64,000 nucleotides of DNA from Macrostomum lignano (taxonomy: Eukaryota). Positions 52,284-63,589 of this stretch are shown here, in pieces. Made by a program: the position numbers and the translations under genes. Location: NCBI GenBank assembly GCA_002269645.1, contig NIVC01002333.1, positions 1 to 64,000 of the forward strand, in the 5' to 3' direction. Position 1 is the stretch's first letter; the number at the start of each line of letters is the position of its first letter. Under the pieces are notes generated by a model, which saw only the letters and a list, made by a program, of their open reading frames with translations, made no database searches and had not been told where the DNA came from.

Positions 52284-55200
52284 TCAGACGTAGCCGTCAT
52301 CGCGAAAGGAGTCGCTGCCGCAGTCGGCAGGGCGGCCGCAGCGGGATTGCATCTCGAAGTGCTGCTCCGCGCGGCTCCCAGCTCCGTCATCGGCCTTCGC
52401 CTGCCTCTCGCAGAAGATCGCAGAGGACTCTTCAGTGCTCTTCCGCTGTTGTCTGTGCATCGGTGCCGACTTCAGAGTGGTTGACTGCTTGAGCAGCTGC
52501 TGGTGGTGCTGACTGTAGGTGCTCACGGTGCCGCCGCCTCCGCTGCTGCTGCCGACAGCGCCGGGACAGCAGCAGCAAAGGGCCCGACGGTACCCCAGAC
52601 GGAACCTCTGCGACATGAAATAGTACACAATCGGGTTGCTCATGGAGTTCACGAAGCCGATGAGATGCAGCAGCACCATCAGCAAGCCGTAGTTCCTGTC
52701 GTACATGTTCTTGTACACCAGGCCGATCACGTTAGTTGAGTACCAGGGCACCCAGGACACCAGGTACAGACAGGCCACCACCACCATCATCTTGGCCACC
52801 TGTGAGTTAAAATGAACGATAGAATTAGATTTCTATAATCTCAGTGTTCAGCCTCGGGGGCTTGGAAGCACACAGCTTGAGCACTCGCTTATTCAGAAGG
52901 GAGCTGTCAATTTCTATTTCTGAGCAAGTTTGGAAATTTGAGAAATTTGAGAAACTTCTCTTAGACGCGCTTGATGAAGCGGGATTGTAAGAGCCTGAGG
53001 GTTCAGTGTGAAGCTGCATGTGTGCATCTCGGACCATCCCATCCCCGTCGGCCGCTTCGAAAGTTTATCGGGAAATTTTATTCCGTAAGATTTTCTCCCG
53101 AATGGCCATTCTGTTTTCGCTCTGTAAGATTCGAATTTCAAAACACCGTTTTTTGCCAGAGTGGAAGCTCGGGAACCACTGAGGCAGGGCAAGCCAAAGA
53201 GTTTAAGTTGTTTTGCAGATCGATCGCGGCCTCAAAGTGTTCTTTGATCGTGGGATCTTCGAGTTGGACTGTGCTGGCCTGTGCCCGTTGCTAATTAGGA
53301 GCTTAGGATTGATTTTTTAATTGCATCGTTTCAAAGCAGTAATGGGAATAGATAGGGTTGAGATTCACTGGGTTAAGATTCTCTCGGGTGAGATATTCTA
53401 GGGTGAGATTATCTGCGGTGAGATTATCTTAGGTGATCTACGGTGATTACGGTGATCTATGACGAGAATCTCTATTTCTAGGGATTTCTAGGGTGAGATT
53501 ATCTTCGGTGAGATTCTATAGGTTGAGTTTCTATAGGGTGAGATTCTATAGGGTGAGATTCTATAGGGTGAGATTCTATAGGGTGAGATTCTATGGGGTG
53601 AGATTCTATAGGGTAAGATTCTATAGGGTGAGATTCTATAGGGTGAGATTCTATAGGGTGAGATTCTATGGGGTGAGATTCTATAGGGTGAGATTCCCAG
53701 GTAAGATTCTCCAAGATGAGATTCTCTATGCATTATATTCCTTAAGTATGAAATTATTTGGGTCAGATTCAACCAGATGCTGAGACTACCTTCCGCTTGC
53801 TCTCCTCTCTGTTGCTTCCGCCGCCGGCTCCTCCGCCTCCGCCGCTGCCGCCGCTGGCGCCGCCGCCCGGACAGGCTTCGAGTTGAACTGGAGCGGGTCG
53901 AACTAGAGCCAGCACGATGGCGCAGGAGGTGTAGGCCACGACCAGCAGGGGGCACAGGAACAGCAGGACGAACGAGGACAGCACGTAGACATTTCGGCCG
54001 ACATTGTCCAGGCTATCCAGGCAATGCTGGTTGCGCATCTCGCCGTACTGACTCACCCCATAGAATGGTGTCGGCTTGGCGTGCAGAGCCTGCACGAGGC
54101 AGAAGGCGCTCGGCACAGCCCAGGTAAGCAAAATGAATAGGCAGGTGCGACGATTCGATTGAAATAGCCTGCTGCGCAGCGGGTGCACGATTGCCAGGAA
54201 ACTGCAAGTTGAGGGGGTTGTGAAAAGTTCGCAGTTGTACACATATTCTATTTTGTGGAATGCGCACTCGGGTTAGGGGTGAGAGTAGGGGAGTAGGTGT
54301 TTTTTGGTGGGGGGGGGGTTGTCCGCATGCAGAGGGACAGAAAGGGTTTGGAGGGGGCTGTGCGCACGCAGAGGGGCAGAAAGGGTTTAAGGGGGCTGTG
54401 CGCACGCAGAGGGACAGAAAGGGTTTGGGGGGGCTGTGCGCACGCAGAGGGGCAGAAAGGGTTTAGGGGGGCTGTGCGCACGCAGAGGGACAGAAAGGGT
54501 TTGGGGGGCTGTACGCACGCAGAGGGACAGAAAGGGTTTGGGGGGGGGCTGTGCGCACGCAGGGGGCAGAAAGGGTTTAGGGGGGGGGGGCTGTGCGCAC
54601 GCAGAAGGGCAGAAAGGGTTTAGGGGGACTGTGCGCCTGCAGAGGGGCAGAAAGAGTTGCCACTGTGTCGTCGTGCTGGTGAAAGTTCATTGAGAACTTT
54701 ATACTAAATACTTTATCAAGCCTGAGATACTGAGATACCTAAAAGGTTCTAAAGACTCTCAAAGGATTAGTTAGGAAAGCGGCTTCGGAGCGGAAGCTTC
54801 TTATAGGGAAATCAATGCTTCGACGAAATTTCAGAATTAAAACTATGGCTTTAAGAATGATGCTAAGCCTGACACCCAGCAATCTCATACTTCTCATACT
54901 TGTGTTTGCGTTCACTGCTCACTTGTACCCATCTAGCCAATCGAATTTCAACTTTAGATTTAGCTGGCACTTAAATATCAAAATCGATAAAAGTAGGCTG
55001 CCTAGTGACTGGCTAGACTAGGGACTGACAAACCGCCAGGTACGAACATCAGGGTCGACAATCATCTTCTCCGACCCATCCCAATGGTCCTTCCTTTTCA
55101 CCCATCTACGGTCTGACTTGCCAACGAGATTGCTAAAAACTTTGATAAGCTACAAAATAAACCAGGCTCCCGCATAATGCCCGCATTTACACGGCAACGT

Positions 55201-57960
55201 AACTTACAGAGCCTCCTGGCTCCCAATAAGTTCAAGTCTCAGCCAGGAAACATTGAATCATTTTAACCAATGGAGGGTTCATCGGAAGTCAGAGTTTAAG
55301 GCAATGGCCTTTGACACGAGCGGCGGTAGCCGCGAGTGTCAATTAGGCCATTGCCTTAAACTCTGACTTCCGATGAGCATCATTGCTTAAAATTTCAAAA
55401 CTCTTACGTAATCTACGCACTTTATGTACACTATCGTGAATTCTTATCAGTCGATGCTTCTAAGGGGGTTTGAGATAAGGTTACCTCCACCTCGCCTATG
55501 TCTCACCTTTAAGTCGCGCATCTGAAGTCACCCACCCCTTACTCTGCACCCACCCCTAAATTAATTACAAATATAAATATTTGCGTGTCTAGAGATCAAA
55601 TCTCAGATAGAGAAAAGCGGACGGCTGCAGAGATGGAGGCACCGCTCATTAATTGGAAGCATTTGCCCTGCAGTGAGCTGGGCAACGTGACTAAGGACGA
55701 ATTGAATTTTGTTTCGGAGGCTTCTTACAATGACAGAAGGGACGACGAGTTCGCTAGATTTCTCGAATTCATTCAAAAGGAGCCCGAGCCCGATGAGCAT
55801 CTGCCGCTCCTGCAGGAAGGCAGCGTAGATATCAGCGCCATGGACATCGCCGAGATTGACAGCCTACCAGCAGACAGCAGGAAGCAGATGATCAGCCATG
55901 GACAGCGGTTCAAGACATTCCTCACAGAGGAAAATCTTCAGCGCAATTTACAAACCATTCCGAATTCGGTGCTCAACCAATACATTCGCTACTTCTACTT
56001 TAAACTGAAGAAGATTGACGGCGAACCCTACTCGCCCGCATCGCTGGTGTGCATCAGGGCTGGACTGCAGCGCTATTTGCGAATGATCGAGAAGCTAACC
56101 GTTGACATCATCAATGGAGAAGACTTTTCTTCTGCAAATAGCATGCTGCGTGTGAAGGTTCGAGACTTTCACCAGAGTGGTGGGAGGACGCAGCAGTTTG
56201 AGCCAATCGAGGAGGGGGACATGAGGAAGCTGATGATCTACTTCCAAGGCAGCACAGCTGAAGTTGAGCAGGACAAATTCTTATTCTACATCATATACAG
56301 CTTTGGCGAGCGAGGCCAGGAGCACCTCAAGTTCTTGAAGGATAGAAGCTCACTTCAATTGCACGTCGACTCTGATGGAAAGCCGTACTACTGTCTGCCT
56401 CCGTTGCCCTCGAAAAATAAGTCAGCAGATCCAGAGAAGGCCAAGAAGCAGCCGGACAACAAGCAGGCCAGAATTTACGACGTGGAAAAGGTGGAGAAAT
56501 ACCTCAAGCTGCTTCCAGTTACAACGAAGGACAACAATCTGTTTCCTCGTCCTTTGGCCAGCCGCAACGATGGAGGCCCTGTTTTCTCCTCGAAGCAGAA
56601 CCGTGGAGAGAATTATCTGAGTGGCTTCATGAGAAACTTGAGTACGAAGGCGGGACTTGCGAAGACCTACACGAATCATTGCATTCGGTAAGACTGATAA
56701 ATTAATAATAGTAACTTTAATTATGTTATGATACATGTTATGTTACCAGTTACTCATGAATCCAACTATATAAATTTGCACTCTAAAACAGGGTCACGCG
56801 AATATGCGATCTCGAGGCGGCAGGGCACAGCATGAGCGATATAATGAGCATTACTGGACAGCTGAGCGAGCGAACGACTAGGAGGTACCTAGCCAAGCGT
56901 CGCGACCGGTCGCTTCAAAAGACGAGTGAGTCTGTTCAGGTGGCGTTGAATCGTCATGATCTAGAGCAAGAAGCTGGGCCACCCGAACATGCTGATGCTG
57001 TTGAGATTGTCGGTGAGACTGCAGTATCGACGGAGGTTAGTGTTAGCACTGAAGCTGCCTATTCTGTTGGTACGAAGTTTGCCTTCAACAATTGCACCTT
57101 TCACGGATGTTCCTTTAATTAGGCATGCAATCTTTACTTCTACAGGAATCAGCAAATTGTACTCGTAGAATTACTGAAAGAATAAGAACGACAGTCTAGT
57201 TTAATATTTTTTATTTAATGACTTTTAGTACTTTGCTCGACCAGTATGATGTTCATCACCGACAAAAATTTACATGATATACTGACACCAGCTGTGCTTT
57301 TTGTACTGTCGATTTTGCAATTCCTGTGCCAGTTTAATTATTTACATCTTAAAATAAACGTTTTGAATTGACTGATGCAAAATATGCTTTGCAAGATGCT
57401 GGATAAAAACTGGCTTGAATTAATTGGTTGCATTGGAATTGGAATTCTAGGCAATGGCCGGCCATTGCCATGGGTCATTGCCATGAGGAGAAATTTTGGG
57501 CAATGCGCTATTTTTACCCTATTAAAGTACAATATTTATTCACGTGTCATTTATTTTATTTTATTCAAACTGCTTAATTGTATGCTCAATATTGATTTTT
57601 ATGCTCCTACCCCCAATACCGGCATTTCATCTAATCGTATAGTATCGTATATCGTATAGTACTTCGAAATAACAATTTTTTATAACAAATATACTGTCGT
57701 TTAAAATTAATGGTGGAAGGCCTCTGGGACAAGTTAGAGCTAGGCAAAACAGGGTTTTAAATGTACATACCTCATATGTACAACTACTCATCAATTCTAT
57801 CAGACTAAGAAAAATAATACTTTAAAGACCAACTTGAATTGCATGACACACAGATTTTTTGGCCTGACGAAGAGCCCAGAGGCTCGAAACCGGTAGCCCA
57901 TATTAAATAAATTAGTCTTTTGATTTTTTTAAACACGCCGTGACCTCTCTTCTCTCTCTC

Positions 57961-58020
<60 letters not shown>

Positions 58021-60191
58021 TCTCTATTCTCAGTCACTCCCAGTCTAGTCACTCTCTCACTATTCTCAGTCACTCCCAGTCTTGTCACTCTCTCTCTATT
58101 CTCAGTCACTCCCAGTCTAGTCACTCTCTCTCTATTCTCAGTCACTCCCAGTCTTGTCACTCTCTCTCTATTCTCAGTCACTCCCAGTCTTGTCACTCTC
58201 TCTCTATTCTCAGTCACTCCCAGTCTAGTCACTCTCTCACTATTCTCAGTCACTCCCAGTCTAGTCACTCTCTCACTATTCTCAGTCACTCCCAGTCTTG
58301 TCACTCTCTCACTATTCTCAGTCACTCCCAGTCTTGTCACTCTCTCTCTATTCTCAGTCACTCCCAGTCTAGTCACTCTCTCACTATTCTCAGTCACTCC
58401 CAGTCTAGTCACTCTCTCTCTATTCTCAGTCACTCCCAGTCTAGTCACTCTCTCACTATTCTCAGTCACTCCCAGTCTAGTCACTCTCTCACTATTCTCA
58501 GTCACTCCCAGTCTTGTCACTCTCTCTCTATTCTCAGTCACTCCCAGTCTAGTCACTCTCTCACTATTCTCAGTCACTCCCAGTCTAGTCACTCTCTCAC
58601 TATTCTCAGTCACTCCCAGTCTAGTCACTCTCTCTCTATTCTCATTCACTCCCAGTCTAGTCACTCTCTCTCTATTTTCAGTCACTCCCAGTCTAGTCAC
58701 TCTCTCTCTCTATTCTCAGTCACTCCCAGTCTAGTCACTCTCTCTCTATTCTCAGTCACTCCCAGTCTTGTCACTCTCTCTCTATTTTCAGTCAGTCCCA
58801 GTCTAGTCACTCTCTCACTATTCTCAGTCACTCCCAGTCTAGTCACTCTCTCACTATTCTCAGTCACTCCCAGTCTAGTCACTCTCTCACTATTCTTAGT
58901 CACTCCCAGTCTAGTCACTCTCTCACTATTCTCAGTCACTCCCAGTCTTATCACTCTCTCTCTATTCTCAGTCACTCCCAGTCTAGTCACTCTCTCTCTA
59001 TTCTCAGTCACTCCCAGTCTAGTCACTCTCTCACTATTCTCAGTCACTCCCAGTCTTGTCACTCTCTCACTATTCTCATTCACTCCCAGTCTAGTCACTC
59101 TCTCACTATTCTCAGTCACTCCCAGTCTTGTCACTCTCTCTCTATTCTCAGTCACTCCCAGTCTAGTCACTCTCTCACTATTCTCATTCACTCCCAGTCT
59201 AGTCACTCTCTCACTATTCTCAGTCACTCCCAGTCTTGACACTCTCTCCATTCTCAGTCACTCCCAGTCTAGTCACTCTCTCACTATTCTCAGTCACTCC
59301 CAGTCTAGTCACTCTCTCTCTATTCTCAGTCACTCCCAGTCTAGTCACTCTCTCACTATTCTCAGTCACTCCCAGTCTAGTCACTCTCTCACTGTTCTCA
59401 GTCACTCCCAGTCTTGTCACTCTCTCTCTATTCTCAGTCACTCCCAGTCTAGTCACTCTCTCACTATTCTCAGTCACTCCCAGTCTAGTCACTCTCTCAC
59501 TATTCTCAGTCACTCCCAGTCTAGTCACTCTCTCTCTCTATTCTCAGTCACTCCCAGTCTAGTCACTCTCTCACTATTCTCAGTCACTCCCAGTCTAGTC
59601 ACTCTCTCTCTCTCTATTCTCAGTCACTCCCAGTCTAGTCACTCTCAGTTTTCCTTTCGTGAGGATGGAGATGAGAGGGATCTCCATCCTCATGAGGAGG
59701 AAGTGAGATAATCCCTTACTCGGAAGAAACCCAGATCCCACTCACCGCTCAATGCAGATGGCAACCAGGGTGAGCAGGCTCGTGAACACCAGCAGCATCA
59801 GGAAGAAGCTGATGAGCGGACAGCCGACTCTGTTGAACACGGCCGCGGCCATCCAGCACGGCCCCATCAGCTGCAGACCTTTGAACGGTACAACCACAAC
59901 CGAGGCCAGCAGATCCGTGACAGCCAGATTCAAGATGTACCAGTTCGTAGGCGTGTGCATCGCTTTATTCAGCCAGACTGTGATGATCACCAGCAGATTT
60001 CCTGCGAACATCATCAGCCCGACGCCTGTCCACGCCAGCGCGAGAGCGGCTCTGAGAGGCTTGTAGTGCAGCACATCCGTGTAGTTCGACGGTGCCACCG
60101 ACAGGCAGTTGACCTGCTGCTGGTCCATGCTTTCTTCTTTGTCTGGCTCTCGGTCTTCTGGCTGCAGCGCAGTCGGGTACCCCTTTCCCAT
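52284..60191 (-). CDS. Class A (rhodopsin-like) peptide GPCR, 457 aa as reconstructed
   Basis: Exons 60191-59746, 54201-53790 and 52799-52284 have compatible phases (1374 nt). Motifs: TM1 GNLLVI, TM2 NWYILNLAVTDLL, ERF at the DRY position (split CG|T), AIVHPL, TM6 KVAKMMVVV..SWVPW, TM7 NSMSNPIVY, C-terminal Cys cluster. An in-frame TAA precedes the ATG. The sub-family cannot be assigned by eye. Confidence 0.95.
53355..53720. repeat. 15-bp repeat (GGGTGAGATTCTATA)n, GPCR intron 2
   Basis: Direct reading; shares the GGGTGAGATT core with the SEL1L intron 1 array. Confidence 0.93.
54255..54650. repeat. ~38-bp repeat (GCTGTGCGCACGCAGAGGGACAGAAAGGGTTTGGGGGG), GPCR intron 1
   Basis: About 9 units. 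Confidence 0.93.
54860..55266 (+). mobile_element. Penelope-like retroelement relic (RT thumb/linker region)
   Basis: The frame from 55084 reads MVLPFHPSTV*LANEIAKNFDKLQNKPGSRIMPAFTRQRNLQSLLAPNKFK. This resembles the PLE linker pattern LPYHP...AFRRxxNLxxLLxxxK. An internal stop is present. Confidence 0.55.
55279..55376. other. 98-nt near-perfect hairpin / long inverted repeat
   Basis: Perfect 32-bp arms at 55279-55310 and 55345-55376, plus inner TTGACAC/GTGTCAA and GCGGC/GCCGC stems closing a GGTA loop. Confidence 0.95.
55633..57122 (+). CDS. Crypton-type (DUF3504-like) tyrosine recombinase, 2 exons, 461 aa from the first ATG
   Basis: Exon 55633-56687 (cg|gtaaga) joins exon 56792-57122 (aacag|g) in phase 2. 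Motifs: EPYSPASLVCIRAGLQRYL, FGERGQE (catalytic R), YTNHCIR (HxxR, split by the intron) and DIMSITGQLSERTTRRY (catalytic Y). There are no stops or frameshifts. The open frame extends upstream to 55585 past a possible acceptor at 55590. Confidence 0.9.
57861..57898 (+). ncRNA. Minimal type I hammerhead ribozyme (Penelope-like pLTR type)
   Basis: GGC-CTGACGA-A-GAGCC-CAGA-GGCTC-GAAA-CCGG-TA-GCC: intact core, 5-bp stem II, palindromic stem III (ACCGGT), GUA cleavage triplet, 3-bp stem I, with AATAAA just downstream. Confidence 0.8.
57940..59645. repeat. (CT)n followed by a 36-bp minisatellite (GTCACTCTCTCACTATTCTCAGTCACTCCCAGTCTA)n, GPCR intron 1
   Basis: About 45 units. Confidence 0.97.
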
Positions 60192-60603
60192 ACCTGGGGC
60201 TTGCAATTATCGCCTATGAGAACCAATGAGGATCTTCTCCGAATGGATTGGCTGCCCCTGTCTCCCAATCTGTCTTTTCCTACCCTTTTTTAGAAAATTT
60301 TAACAGTTAAAAATTTATCAAACCTTGTTGCCATGACAACTGCCAGCATCAAGCTGTCTTTTACAAGGGGGTCGATTAAATCAGCATCTTGTGACCACAG
60401 CTGACCTCTCCATGCTTCTTGATGCTCTCTCGGCTCTTGCCTACTTGCCAGCTCCGCTCTCTCTGAGCTCATTTGGGCTCCAGCGCTTTAGACAAGTGCT
60501 GGCCTGAGGCTGCAAACTCAATCAAGTAGAAAATTGAGAATAATGGGATATCAGTAACTATCGATATATAAAACATTAGAGAATAAGACCCTTGATATAA
60601 TAT

Positions 60604-61101
<498 letters not shown>

Positions 61102-61494
61102 CTCCCAGGATTCCTAGATTTCCAGATAGGTCACAGCTCACTTAATTATCTTGGCTTTCTACCTAGGCCTTTCCACTTGACTGTTTCCCTTGAGCAAATA
61201 CAAAAAATTATTATTTCTTTTATACAGCTCAAAAGAAAAACTGGGCTGCTTCTCTTGAACACAAAACCATGATTTATTTCCCAGGATAGGCTGGAGACAT
61301 TTCCCCGGCAGCGGGAGCGGAAGGCTCGACCCGATCGCCTCAGTTTCGATCAGGCGCCCTCGGGGGGCTCCCGCGAAAGCCAACTGGTTTATGAGCCCTG
61401 ATCGGCTCAGATATTCGAAACTGAATGAGCTGCTCCCGCCGTGTGGAGCCCGATTCAGTGCTTGATAATGCCTGCGGCTTGCCGCTATCGGTGT

Positions 61495-61615
61495 CTGCCT
61501 GTCCGTCTGTCTGTCTGTCTGCCTGTCCGTCTGTCTGTCTGTCTGCCTGTCCGTCTGTCTGCCTGTCTGTCTGCCTGTCTGTCTGTCTGCCTGTCTGTCT
61601 GCCTGTCTGTCTGCC

Positions 61616-61699
<84 letters not shown>

Positions 61700-61700
61700 A
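61495..61700. repeat. (TGTC)n microsatellite
   Basis: Direct reading. Confidence 0.95.
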
Positions 61701-62019
61701 CTCTATCTGTCTGTCATGTTCCCTCTACCGAAAGCCGGTCCAGAAAAAGCAAGCACCCATAAGACCCAGGTCACCGGAGTACACGTAGAGATCAGATTCT
61801 GTGGGCAGTACCAGGGGAGCAGAAAGTTTCACTTCCAGCTGATTGGCCTGCTGGCGGACGTGACTGGCATGGCAACAATTCCATGGCAGAATTGTCGTCT
61901 TAAGCAAGTTCCTCAAGTCGCTTTAAGGCACCAAATTGCATCGAGTTTTCTTTGCAGCTGTGGATTGGGGCCGTGCGACTTGAGCAGCCGGGTGCACTTG
62001 TTCAATCACAATCTCTGCC

Positions 62020-62860
62020 TCTTCACACTCTACCTTTCCCCTCTCCACCTCTCCCTCTCTACCCCTCCCCATCTTACTTCTTCCTTCTATACTGCACTTC
62101 TCATTATTTCTTTCCAGTCTACTTAACCCTCTTTTTCTCTCCCGTTTACCTCTCTCTTGTCTTCCTCTCTCTTGTCTACCTCTCTCTTGTCTACCTCTCT
62201 CCTGTCTACCTCTCTTGTCTTCCTCTCTCTTGTCTACCTCTCTCCTGTCTACCTCTCTCTTGTCTTCCTCTCTCTTGTCTACCTCTCTCCTGTGTACCTC
62301 TCTCCTGTCTTCCTCTCTCCTGTCTACTTCTCTCCTGTCTACCTCTCTCTTGTCTACCTCTCTCTTGTCTACCTCTCTCCTGTCTACCTCTCTCTTGTCT
62401 TCCTCTCTCTTGTCTACCTCTCTACTGTCTACCTCTCTCTTGTCTACCTCTCTCTTGTCTACTTCTCTCCTGTCTACCTCTCTCTTGTCTACCTCTCTCT
62501 TGTCTACCTCTCTCCTGTCTACCTCTCTCTTGTCTTCCTCTCTCTTGTCTACCTCTCTCCTGTCTTCCTCTCTCCTGTCTACTTCTCTCCTGTCTATCTC
62601 TCTCCTATATACCTTTCCCGTGTCTACCTCTCCTCTCTCTCTTTCCGTCCTCTAACTCTCTCTTGTCTATCTTTCTCTTACCTACCTCTCTCCTCTCTAC
62701 TTCTCCCATCTCTACTTCTCTGACGTCTACTTCTCCCCTACATACCTCTCCCCTCTCCACCTCTCCCCTCTACCTCTCCCCTCTACCCCTCCCCTCTCTA
62801 CCTCTCCCCTCTCTACCTCTCCCCTCTCTACGAGCTACTTCTCCCCCTCCTTAACTACCC
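62020..62860. repeat. Pyrimidine-rich ~18-bp repeat (TGTCTACCTCTCTCT) and C/T low-complexity sequence
   Basis: Direct reading. Confidence 0.93.
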
Positions 62861-63589
62861 AATCCTCCCTATCATAAATTTTACTTTCGTCTCCACCTCC
62901 CTTTATAATAAATCGACAGCATCTTCCATGGGATGTACTTTTCCTACGGTGCCTGTTGCATCAGTCCCCTTTTTTATTTGGCAACTCTGAGCAGTGCCTT
63001 AATTAAACCTTAATATAGTTGCTAGCGATGCCGTAAAATCCAATTTACAATTTTTTTGTGATATCACAAAAATTAAAGTCAAAATCGAACGAAACTTGAA
63101 TTTCGCGGCAATATACATTGTCGGCTCAGCCAGGGCAGCACGGCAGGGCCACAACTCCCCGCGGGATGGTCAAGTCAAAGCAGTCTCTCCCAACTGCAGA
63201 ACGGGTCAACCGCGCGCCTTGCACTATTCTGAGCTGCAGTGGCATACGAGAAAAAACCTTAGTTTCCAAGGCCCCTCTTCCCCAGCAGGCAATCCGATAT
63301 GATCCCCAAGCCGCATTATTGACGTTGCATCACTTCGGCTGCTCCGAATCCCCGCGAGAGATAAAAGCAGCAGAGGCTGATCCCCAAGTTTAGTCCCCTC
63401 CTCCTCGTCCTCACTCCACACCCGAGGGGCAATCCGAGGTGGGGGTCGGATTGGGAAGTTTCCTGGAAATAAGTCCCTTTACGCTTGGCAAGGCACCCAG
63501 GAATTTTAGACACTGAAGATGGATTTTGAGGTATATTTTTTACAGTTTTAAAAGCCTGTCTCTGCGGTGTCTGTTTTAGTGTGTATTGT

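Noticed and set aside
49912-52492. Multiple long Cys/Trp-rich ORFs (VLVRCQFWSGVSSGQ)
   Set aside because: Translations of the 17-bp satellite on the strand opposite the GPCR.
55264-57430. AACCAAT / ATTGGTT as possible TIRs of the YR element
   Set aside because: Only 7 bp and does not extend. Insufficient to define ends.
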